Part shown: positions 51,461 through 64,000 of the stretch, in pieces
Position numbering within the stretch: position 1 is the first letter of the stretch
How the letters are laid out: every line of letters begins with the position of its first letter
Origin: Eledone cirrhosa
Taxonomy: Eukaryota
DNA: 64,000 nucleotides
Reading direction: 5' to 3'
NCBI GenBank assembly: GCA_964016885.1
Contig: OZ024740.1
Location: forward strand, 342,798,001-342,862,000
Translations under genes and position numbers: made by a program
Notes under the pieces: model-generated
What the model was told of the DNA's origin: nothing
The model's database searches: none
The model's input: the letters and a program-made list of their open reading frames with translations, nothing else

Positions 51461-54400
51461 CCTCGTGGACGAGAATGCGAGCACTCCTCTTTGTTTCGTC
51501 CGCGGATGGCTAACATAACCCTATCTCCTCCCGCCCCCACCACCCCCACCCTCCAAACGCAACCCAAAACTTCAGAGTTGGTACCATAAATGTAGGCACC
51601 CTAAAGGGTCGCGCTAACGAGGTTGTAGAAATGCTTGAACGTAAGGAGGTCGATGTTTGTTGTATTCAAGAGACCAGGTGGAGGGGTGGGTCTGCTAGAT
51701 TCATTGAGGGTAAAAAACGATGTTATAAGCTTTTCTGGGTGGGAAACGACGATGGGCTGGGTGGAGTAGGAATCATGGTAGCAGAAAAGTGGGCAGATAA
51801 GATAATAGACGTAAATAGAGTGAACGACAGAATAATTAAAATAAGACTTGTCCTCAATAGAACTACGGTGACAGTAATATCTGCGTACGCACCCCAATCC
51901 GGACTGCCCGGCACTATAAAAGACAGATTCTATGAGACACTGTTGCTAACTACCTCCCAAATATCTGACAGTGACTATATAATTATTGCAGGCGACCTAA
52001 ATGGTCACGTTGGACAACATTGTGACGGCTACGACGAAATCCATGGAGGCTATGGGTTTGGTACTAGAAATGAGGAAGGCTCCAGAATCCTGGAATACTG
52101 TGATGCAAATAACCTAACTATCTGTAACACTAACTTCAAAAAACGTGACAATCACCTGATCACCTATAGATCCGGGGAACACACAAGCCAGGTAGATTAT
52201 ATCCTTACCAGAAGACGTGACAGAGTGTCTGTTGTAAACACTAAATCCCTCCCCCATGAAGAATGCACCTCCCAACATAGACTGATAATTAGCGACCTCA
52301 TAGTCAGGACGAGACGTACCCGACAGCAGAAGAGGACTATCCTCAGGAGGAAAATATGGAAACTAAAGGACCCCACAGCCAGAAATAAATTTCAAAGCAT
52401 ATTACTTGATGCTTTCGACAGTAAGGAAGAGCATCTAGAATCGGACAATATAGAGGGACAGTGGAAATTTCTGAAAGCAAACCTGCTGTTGGCGACAGAC
52501 GAAGTCTGTGGCTGGAGCAGGCCTGTAGGCAGGAGGAGAGTAACATGGTGGTGGAACAGTAGGGTGGAGGGGTCAATTAAGGCCAAAAAGCAGGCTTGGA
52601 AAGTATGGCGGGATGGGGGAAGTAGAGTAGACTATCAAGTGGCCAGGAGGGAAGCTAGGAGAGAAGTGTACTTAGCAAGAAGGGAAGCTGAGGAAAGAAA
52701 GTTCAAGCATGTTCTACGACGCGATGACCAAAAACGTGAGGTGTTCAGGATTGCCAGGCAATGCGTCAAGGAAAACCGTGATATTGTCGGGGAGAAGTGT
52801 GTACTTAACGATGATGGCATACTTGCCATCACCGACACTGATAAGAAGGTAGCTTGGAAGCGTCACTATGAAAGGCTACTAAATGAGGAGAATAAATGGG
52901 AGAAAGACAGTCTCCCCCATATCGACCCGATAGAGGGACCAGCAGTGTTAGTCGAGGGGAGTATAATAAGTAAGGCAATCAAGGATATGAAGACTGGTAA
53001 GGCGGCTGGGCCTTCGGAAATAGTTGCTGAGATGCTGAAGGCATCTGGCACGGTGGGACACACCATGGTCACCCGCATAGTTAACCAAGTCGTACAGAAT
53101 GGGGTTGTTCCGAAGGACTGGCATAGCAGCATCATCGTTAACTGTTATAAGGGTAAAGGAGACGCCCTAGATAGGAGTAACTATAGAGGCATTAAATTAA
53201 TCGACCAGGTCATGAAGGTCACGGAAAAAGTAATAGCGCAACTAATCAGAGAGAGAATTGATCTAGATGAAATGCAGTTCGGGTTTGTGTCAGGCAAAAG
53301 CACCACAGACGCTCTTTTCATAGTACGACAACTACAGGAGAAGTACCTAGCTAAAGGTAAACCCCTCTACTTAGCTTTTGTCGACCTGGAGAAAGCCTTC
53401 GACAGAGTCCCCCGCTCCATTATCTGGTGGGCTCTTAGAAAACTAGGCGTTGACGAATGGCTTGTGAGGGCTATACAAGCCATGTATAAAGAAACAGTCA
53501 GCAAGGTTAGAATTAACAACGAATATAGTGAAGAGTTTAGCGTAAAAGTTGGCGTCCATCAGGGCTCTGTTCTCAGCCCCCTACTATTTATTATTGCCCT
53601 TCAGGCTATAACAGAGGAGTTCAAGACAGGCTGCCCATGGGAACTCCTATACGCAGACGACCTGACACTCATAGCGGAATCATATATATTGGGAAATGGT
53701 CGTGCTCGGTATGTAGGAAAGGCGTAGGTAGAAACTCCATCTTATGTCCTAAATGCAAAGTATGGGTGCATAAAAGATGTAGTGGGATCACAGGTAAGCT
53801 AACTAAGAACATAGACTTTACATGTGGCCGGTGTTCTGGTGCAATAAGTAGCAGCAAGTGCCCACAAAATACTAGCTCTTTCAATTGCGCAGAGGGTTCT
53901 ATAGAAATAGTGGACAGCTTCCGTTACCTGGGCGATAAAATCAGCAGTGGGGGAGGGTGCTCTGAAAGTACTGTAGCTAGAGTCAGAACTGGTTGGAAAA
54001 AGTTCAGAGAGCTTATACCACTATTAGCTGCTAAAGGGTTCTCCCTAAAAATGAAAGGCAGGTTGTACGATGCCTGCATATGAACAGCAATGTTGCATGG
54101 TAGTGAGACCTGGGCATTGTGTGCAGAGGATATACGCAGACTAGAGAGGAACGAAGCTTGCATGCTCCGCTGGATGTGTAACAGTAATATACGTGAACGG
54201 CAAAGCATAAACGAACTAAGGAAAAAATTAGAGATAAGAGGGATCAGATGTTGTTTACTCGAGAGAAGGCTGCGTTGGTATGGACACGTGATGCGCATGA
54301 AAGTCGATAGCTGTATTACAAAGTGCAGGGCAATAAAGATAGACGGTAGCCACGGAATAGGCAGACCTAGAAAAACATGGGATGAGCTGATAAACTCCGA

Positions 54401-54859
54401 CCTCACACACTTACACCTCTCCAAGACAATGTCACTGGACCGTGACCTTTGGCGGTACTCAGTAACAGAGAAGACCCGCCTTGCCAGTAGGCATCTCTAA
54501 CAAAATACACCCCGTCCCGCCACCACCCCCACCCCATCCACACCACCCCGTTCTATGTAAAGTTATGTTGGTGCCGCGCCATCCAGGCCGAAACAAATGA
54601 GATCGTGTAGGTGTCACGACAAAAAAAAACACACAGTCCACGCTGTAATGTGGCCGTGAAGGCAACACGGTAAAAACCTCCCAGACCCACACTGTAAATG
54701 TGGTTGGTGTTAGGAAGGGCATCCAACTGTAGAAAACCTGCCAGACAGTCCTATGCGAGCAAGACATTCACTCTTGCCTCAAGTGGGACTACCCCCGTCC
54801 AAACCCATGCAAGCGTGGAACACGGACGTTAAACGTTGATGATGATGATGATGATGATG

Positions 54860-54860
<1 letters not shown>
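51457..54860 (+). mobile_element. Near full-length but chimeric/internally deleted PHD-RTE subfamily C
   Basis: FRVGTINVGT APE start; ORF 51631-53727; short TA linker at about 53683-53690 replaces the RT C-terminus; PHD; tail. Confidence 0.94.
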
Positions 54861-54904
<44 letters not shown>

Positions 54905-55020
54905 ATATATAAGATCAAAAGATGGTTAAAAGAGTTCCATGTATTTTATTATGCGCATTTCAATAAAACTCACCTCTTACATATATAAATTATATATATA
55001 TATATATTATATATATATAT

Positions 55021-55051
<31 letters not shown>

Positions 55052-55145
55052 GTATATATATATATATATTATATATATATATATATTATATATATATTTA
55101 TATATATATTATATATATATTTATATATATATTATATATATATAT

Positions 55146-55177
<32 letters not shown>

Positions 55178-55224
55178 ATATAATATATATATTATATATA
55201 TATATATTATATATATATATGTTA

Positions 55225-55280
<56 letters not shown>

Positions 55281-55452
55281 ATATATATATATATGTATAA
55301 TATATATATTATATATATATTATATATATATATATATTATATATATATATATTATATATATATTATATATATATTATATATATATTATATATATATATTA
55401 CATATATATTACATATATATATTACATATATATATTACATATATATTATATA

Positions 55453-55523
<71 letters not shown>

Positions 55524-55591
55524 TATATATATATATATTTATTATATATATTTATTATATATATATATATATATTATATATATATAATATA
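54861..55591. repeat. Interrupted (TA)n array with an 80-bp island (54911-54990)
   Basis: Seen directly. Confidence 0.95.
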
Positions 55592-56334
55592 TCATCATCA
55601 TCATCATCATCAACGTTTAACGTCCGTGTTCCACGCTTGCATGGGTTTGGACGGGGGTATTCCCACTTGAGGCAAGAGTGATTGTCTTGCTCGCATAGGA
55701 CTGTCTGGCAGGTTTTCTACAGTTGGATGCCCTTCCTAACACCAACCACATACAGTGTGGGACTGGGAGGTTTTTACCGTGTTGCCTACACGGCCACATT
55801 ACAGCGTGGACTGTGTGTTTTTTTGTCGTGACACCTACACGATCTCATTTGTTTCGGCCTGGATGATGTGGCACCAACATAACTTTACATAGGGGGTGGG
55901 GTGGGGTGTATTTTGTTAGAGATGCCTACTGGCTGTAGTAGGTTTTACTATGTATTTAGGTAAGGCGGGTCTTCTCTATTACTGAGTACCGCCAAAGGTC
56001 TCGGTCCAGTGACATTGTCTTGGAGAGGTGTAAGTGTGTGAGGTCGGAGTTTATCAGCTCGTCCCAGGTTTTTCTAGGTCTGCCTATTCCGTGACTACCG
56101 TCTATCTTTATTGCCCTGCACTTTGTTATACAGCTATCGACTTTCATGCGCATCACGTGTCCGTACCAACGTAGCCTTCTCTCGAGTAAACAACATCTGA
56201 TCCCTCTTATTTCTAATTTTTTTCCTTAGTTCGTTTATGCTTTGCCGTTCACGTATATTACTATTACACATCCAGCGGAGCATGCAAGCTTCGTTCCTCT
56301 CTAGTCTGCGTATATCCTCTGCGCACAATGCCCA
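55592..56334 (-). mobile_element. 5'-truncated RTE subfamily C 3' end
   Basis: ORFs 56134-56328 and 55956-56156; (CAT)n tail. Confidence 0.92.
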
Positions 56335-56501
56335 TATATATATTATATATATATATATTATATATATATATATATTATATATATATATTATATATATATA
56401 TTATATATATATATATATATTATATATATATATATTATATATATATATGTATATATTATATATATATTATATATATATATTATATATATATATATATATT
56501 T

Positions 56502-56533
<32 letters not shown>

Positions 56534-56626
56534 ATTTTATATATATATTATATATATATATTATATATATATATATTATATATATATATTATATATATAT
56601 ATTATATATATATTATATATATATAT

Positions 56627-56688
<62 letters not shown>

Positions 56689-56760
56689 ATATATATTTAT
56701 ATATATTATATATATATATGTATATATTATATATATATTATATATATATTATATATATAT

Positions 56761-56791
<31 letters not shown>

Positions 56792-56886
56792 ATATATATA
56801 TAATATATATTATATATATATTATATATATATTATATATATATTATATATATATATTATATATATATTATATATATATTATATATA

Positions 56887-56957
<71 letters not shown>

Positions 56958-56960
56958 ATA

Positions 56961-57003
<43 letters not shown>

Positions 57004-57179
57004 ATATTATATATATATTATATATATATATATATATTATATATATATATTATATAATATATAAGATCAAAAGATTGTTAAAAGAGTTCCATGTATTTTA
57101 TTATGCGCATTTCAATAAAACTCACCTCTTACATATATAAATTATATATATATATTATATATATATTATATATATATAT

Positions 57180-57211
<32 letters not shown>

Positions 57212-57213
57212 AC

Positions 57214-57251
<38 letters not shown>

Positions 57252-57255
57252 ATTA
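56335..57255. repeat. Interrupted (TA)n array with a second copy of the 80-bp island (57063-57142)
   Basis: Seen directly. Confidence 0.95.
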
Positions 57256-59990
57256 TGAAGAATGCACCTCCCAACATAGACTGATAATTAGCGACCTCAT
57301 AGTCAGGACGAGACGTACTCGACAACAGAAGAGGACTATCCTCAGGAGGAAAATATGGAAGCTAAAGGACCCCACAGCCAGGAATAAATTTCAAAGCATA
57401 TTACTTGATGCTTTCGACAGTAAGGAAGAACATTTAGAGTCGGACAATATAGAGGGAGAGTGGGAATTTCTGAAAGCAAACCTGCTGTTGGCGACAGACG
57501 AAGTCTGTGGCTGGAGCAGGCCTGTAGGCAGGAGGAGAGTAACATGGTGGTGGAACAGTAAGGTGGAGGGGTCAATTAAGGCCAAAAAGCAGGCTTGGAA
57601 AGTATGGCGGGATGGGGGAAGTAGAGAGGACTATCAAGTGGCCAGGAGGGAAGCTAGGAGACAAGTGTACTTAGCAAGAAGGGAAGCTGAGGAAAGAAAG
57701 TTCAAGCATGTTCTACAACGCGATGACCAAAAACGTGAGGTGTTCAGGATTGCTAGGCAATGCGTCAAGGAAAACCGTGATATTGTCGGGGAGAAGTGTG
57801 TACTAAACGACGATGGCACACTTGCCATCACCGACGCTGATAAGAAGGTAGCTTGGAAGTGTCACTATGAAAGGCTACTAAATGAGGAGAATAATTGGGA
57901 GAAAGGCAGTCACCCCCATATCGACCCAATAGAGGGACCAGCAGTGTTAGTCGAGGGGAGTATAATAAGTAAGGCAATCAAGGATATGAAGACGGGTAAG
58001 GCGGCTGGGCCTTCGGAAATAGTTGCTGAGATGCTGAAGGCATCTGGCACGGTGGGACACACCATGGTCACCCGCATAGTTAACCAAGTCGTACAGAATG
58101 GGGTTGTTCCGAAGGACTGGCATAGCAGCATCATCGTTAACTGTTATAAGGGTAAAGGAGACGCCCTAGATAGGAGTAACTATAGAGGCATTAAATTAAT
58201 CGACCAGGTCATGAAGGTCACGGAAAAAGTAATAGCGCAACTAATCAGAGAGAGAATTGACCTAGATGAAATGCAGTTCGGGTTTGTGTCAGGCAAAAGT
58301 ACCACAGACGCTCTTTTCATAGTACGACAACTACAGGAGAAGTACCTAGCTAAAGGTAAACCCCTCTACTTAGCTTTTGTCGACTTGGAGAAAGCCTTCG
58401 ACAGAGTCCCCCGCTCCATTATCTGGTGGGCTCTTAGAAAACTAGGCGTTGACGAATGGCTTGTGAGGGCTATACAAGCCATGTATAAAGAAACAGTCAG
58501 CAAGGTTAGAATTAACAACGAATATAGTGAAGAGTTTAGCGTAAAAGTTGGCGTCCATCAGGGCTCTGTTCTCAGCCCACTACTATTTATTATTGCCCTT
58601 CAGGCTATAACAGAGGAGTTCAAGACAGGCTGCCCATGGGAACTCCTATACGCAGACGACCTGACACTCATAGCGGAATCAATGGCCGAGCTAGAGAAGA
58701 AATTCCAAACATGGAAGCACGGCCTAGAGTCAAAAGGACTTAAAATTAACCTGGCTAAGACCAAAGTACTAGTTTGTAGGAAAGAAAACAAGGCGGCGGT
58801 CCCTTCTGGGAAATGGTCGTGCTCGGTGTGTAGGAAAGGCGTAGGTAGAAACTCCATTTTATGTCCTAAATGCAAAGTATGGGTGCATAAAAGATGTAGT
58901 GGGATCACAGGTAAGCTAACTAAGAACATAGATTTTACATGTGGCCGGTGCTCTGGTGCAATAAGTAGCAGCAAGTGCCCACAAACTACTAGCTCTTTCA
59001 ATTGCGCAGAGGGTTCTATAGAAATAGTGGACAGCTTCCGTTACCTGGGCGATAAAATCAGCAGTGGGGGAGGGTGCTCTGAAAGTACTGTAGCTAGAGT
59101 CAGAACTGGTTGGAAAAAGTTCAGAGAGCTTATACCACTATTAGCTGCTAAAGGGTTCTCACTAAAAATGAAAGGCAGGTTGTACGATGCCTGCATACGA
59201 ACAGCAATGCTGCATGGCAGTGAGACCTGGGCATTGTGTGCAGAGGATATACGCAGACTAGAGAGGAACGAAGCTTGCATGCTCCGCTGGATGTGTAACA
59301 GTAATATACGTGAACGGCAAAGCATAAACGAACTAAGGAAAAAATTAGAGATAAGAGGGATCAGATGTTGTTTACTCGAGAGAAGGCTACGTTGGTATGG
59401 ACACGTGATGCGCATGAAAGTCGATAGCTGTATAACAAAGTGCAGGGCAATAAAGATAGACGGTAGTCACGGAATAGGCAGACCTAGAAAAACCTGGGAC
59501 GAGCTGATAAACTCCGACCTCACACACTTACACCTCTCCAAGACAATGTCACTGGACCGAGACCTTTGGCGGTACTCAGTAACAGAGAAGACCCGCCTTA
59601 CCTAAATATATAGTAAAACCTACTCCAGCCAGTAGGCATCTCTAACAAAATACACCCCGTCCCACCACCCCCGCCCCCACCCCATCCACACCACCCCGTT
59701 CTATGTAAAGTTATGTTGGTGCCGCGCCATCGAGGCCGAAACAAATGAGATCGTGTAGGTGTCACGACAAAAAAACACACAGTCCACGCTGTAATGTGGC
59801 CGTGTAGGCAACACGGTAAAAACCTCCCAGACCCACACTGTAAATGTGGTTGGTGTTAGGAAGGGCATCCAACTGTAGAAAACCTGCCAGACAGTCCTAT
59901 GCGAGCAAGACAATCACTCTTGCCTCAAGTGGGACTACCCCCGTCCAAAGCGTGGAACACGGACGTTAAACGTTGATGATGATGATGATG
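57256..59990 (+). mobile_element. 5'-truncated PHD-RTE subfamily C with open RT-PHD frame to stop 59605
   Basis: 705-aa ORF; UTR; (GAT)n; (TA)n flanks. Confidence 0.96.
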
Positions 59991-60022
59991 ATATATATTA
60001 TATATATATTATATATATATAT

Positions 60023-60088
<66 letters not shown>

Positions 60089-60152
60089 ATATATATTTAT
60101 ATATATTATATATATATATGTATATATTATATATATATTATATATATATATA

Positions 60153-61325
<1,173 letters not shown>

Positions 61326-61326
<1 letters not shown>

Positions 61327-64000
61327 CATCATCATCATCATCATCATCAACGTTTAACGTCCGTGTTCCACGCTTGCATGGGTTTGGACGGGGGTAGTCC
61401 CACTTGAGGCAAGAGTGATTGTCTTGCTCGCATAGGACTGTCTGGCAGGTTTTCTACAGCTGGATGCCCTTCCTAACACCAACCACATTTACAGTGTGGG
61501 TCTGGGAGGTTTTTACCGTGTTGCCTACACGGCCACATTACAGCGTGGACTGTGTGTTTTTTTGTTGTGACACCTACACGATCTCATTTGTTTCGGCCTG
61601 GATGGCGCGGCACCAATATAACTTTACATTGAAAGGGGCGGTGTGGATGGGGTGGGGGGGGTGGGACGGGGGTGTATTTTGTTAGAGATGCCTACTGGCT
61701 GTAGTAGGTTTTACTTCGTATTTAGGTAAGGCGGGTCTTCTCTATTACTGAGTACCGCCAAAGGTCTCGGTCCAGTGACGTTGTCTTGGAGAAGTGTGTG
61801 TGAGGTCGGGATTTATCAGCTCGTCCCAGGTTTTTCTGGGTCTGCCTACTCGGTAGCTACCATCTATCTTTATTGCCCTGCACTTTGTTATACAGCTGTC
61901 GTCTTTCATGCGCATGACGTGACCATACCAACGTAGCCTTCTCTCGAGTAAACAACATCTGATCCCTCTTATTTCTAATTTTTTCCTTAGTTCGCTTAGG
62001 CTTTGCCGTTCACGTATGTTACTATTACACATCCAGCGGAGCATGCAAGCTTCGTTCCTCTCTAGTCTGCGTATATCCTCTGCACACAATACCCAGGTCT
62101 CACTGCCATGCAACATTGCTGTTCGTATGCAGGCATCATACAACCTGCCTTTCATTTTTAGGGAGAACCCTTTAGTGGCTAATAGTGGTATAAGCTCTCT
62201 GAACTTTTTCCATCCAGTTCTGACTCTAGCTACTGTACTTTCAGAGCACCCTCCCCCACTGCTGATTTTGTCACCCAGGTAACGGAAGCTGTCCACTATT
62301 TCTATAGAACCCTCTGCGCAATTGAAAGAGCTAGTATTTTGTGGGCACTTGCTGCTACTTATTGCACCAGAGCACCGGCCACATGTAAAATCTATGTTCT
62401 TAGTTAGCTTACCTGTGATCCCGCTACATCTTTCATGCACCCATACTTTGCATTTGGGACATAAAATGGAGTTTCTACCTACGCCTTTCCTACACACTGA
62501 GCATGGCCATTTCCTGGAAGGGACCGTCACCTTATTTTCTTTCCTACAAACTAGAACTTTAGTCTTAGCCAGGTTAATTTTAAGCCCTTTTGATTCTAGG
62601 CCATGCTTCCATGTTTGGAATTTCTTCTCTAGCTCGGCCATTGATTCAGCTATGAGCGTTAGATCATCTGCGTATAGGAGTTCCCATGGGCAGCCGGTCT
62701 TGAACTCCACTGTTATAGCCTGAAGGGCAATAATAAATAGTAGGGGGCTAAGAACAGAGCCTGATGTACACCAACTTTTACACTAAACTCTTCACTATAT
62801 TCGTTGTTAATTCTAACCTTGCTGACTGTTTCTTTATACATGGCTTGTATAGCTCTCACAAGCCATTCGTCAACACCTAGTTTTCTTAGAGCCCACAAGA
62901 TAATGGAACGGAGGACTCTGTCGAAGGCTTTCTCCAAGTCAACAAAAGTTAAGTATAGGGGTTTACTTTTAGCTAGGTACTTCTCCTGTAGCTGTCGTAC
63001 AATGAAAAGAGCGTCTGTGGTACTTTTGCCTGACACAAAACCGAACTGCATTTCATCTAGATCAATTCTCTCTCTGATTAGTTGCGCTATAACTTTTTCC
63101 ATGACCTTCATGACCTGGTCAATTAATTTAATACCTCTATAGTTACTCCTATCTAGGGCATCTCCTTTACCCTTGTAACAGTTAATGATGATGCTGCTAC
63201 GCCAGTCCTTCGGAACAACCCCTTTCTGTATGACTTGGTTTACTATCCGGGTGACCATGGTGTGTCCCACCGTTCCAGAGGCTTTCAGCATCTCAGCAAC
63301 TATTTCCGAAGGCCAAGCCGCCTTACCCATCTTCATATCTTTAATTGCCTTACTTATTATACTACCTTTGACTAACACTGCCGGTCCCTCTATTGGGTCG
63401 ATGTGGGGGAGACCGTCTTTCTCCCATTTATTCTCCTCTTTTAGAAGCCTTTCATAGTGACACTTCCAAGCTACCTTCTTATCAGCGTCAGTGATGGCAA
63501 GTACACCATCATCATTAAGTGCACACACTTCTCCGACAATATCACGGTTTTCCTTGACACATTGCCTAGCAATCCTGAACACCTCACGTTTTTGGTCCTC
63601 ACGTTGTAGAACATGCTTGAACTTTCTTTCCTCGGCTTCTCTTCTTGCGAAGTACACTTCTCTCCTAGCTTCCCTCCTGGCCACTTGATCGTCTTCTCTA
63701 CTTCCCCCATCCTGCCATACTTTCCAAGCCTGCTTTTTGGCCTTAATTGACTCCTCCACCTTACTGTTCCACCACCATGTTACCCTCCTCCTACCTACAG
63801 GCCTGCTCCAGCCACAGACTTCGTCTGCCGCCGTCAGCAGGTTTGCTTTTAGGAATTCCCACTGTTCCTCTATATTATCTGACTCTAATTGCTCTTCCTT
63901 ACTGTCGAAAGCATCAAGTAACATGCTTTGAAATTTATTTCTGGCTGTGGGGTCCTTTAGCTTCCATATTTTTCTCCTGAGGATAGTCCTCTTCTGTTGT
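61326..64000 (-). mobile_element. PHD-RTE subfamily C (frameshifted), running off the window end
   Basis: ORFs 62713-63924 and 61745-62710; (CAT)n tail. Confidence 0.95.

Overview
Eukaryotic, AT-rich, repeat-saturated window. The SINE types, (TA)n arrays and RTE load suggest an octopus or other coleoid mollusc (inference). The only host gene is aminoacylase-1 (ACY1, peptidase M20A), with 14 GT-AG coding exons on + from 7211 to 26168; its 5' exons lie outside the window. Most of the rest is RTE-clade LINE copies from three related subfamilies (called A, B, C here). They carry a C4HC3 PHD finger inserted after the RT core, a (GAT)n tail and a conserved 3' stem-loop, and from about 28.9 kb onward they sit almost exclusively in (TA)n arrays. 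Also present are tRNA-derived SINEs, an older PHD-less RTE, a CR1-like remnant and a Penelope-like RT element. Best leads: (1) a non-coding 526-nt tandem unit with a complete hammerhead ribozyme and long stem III (retrozyme-like, possible circRNA intermediate); (2) further hammerhead motifs, one intact in the Penelope element; (3) a covarying tandem hairpin+pseudoknot cassette in the RTE B/C 3' UTRs and a SINE; (4) the PHD-finger RTE / (TA)n association. RNA structures were paired by eye; element boundaries are approximate.
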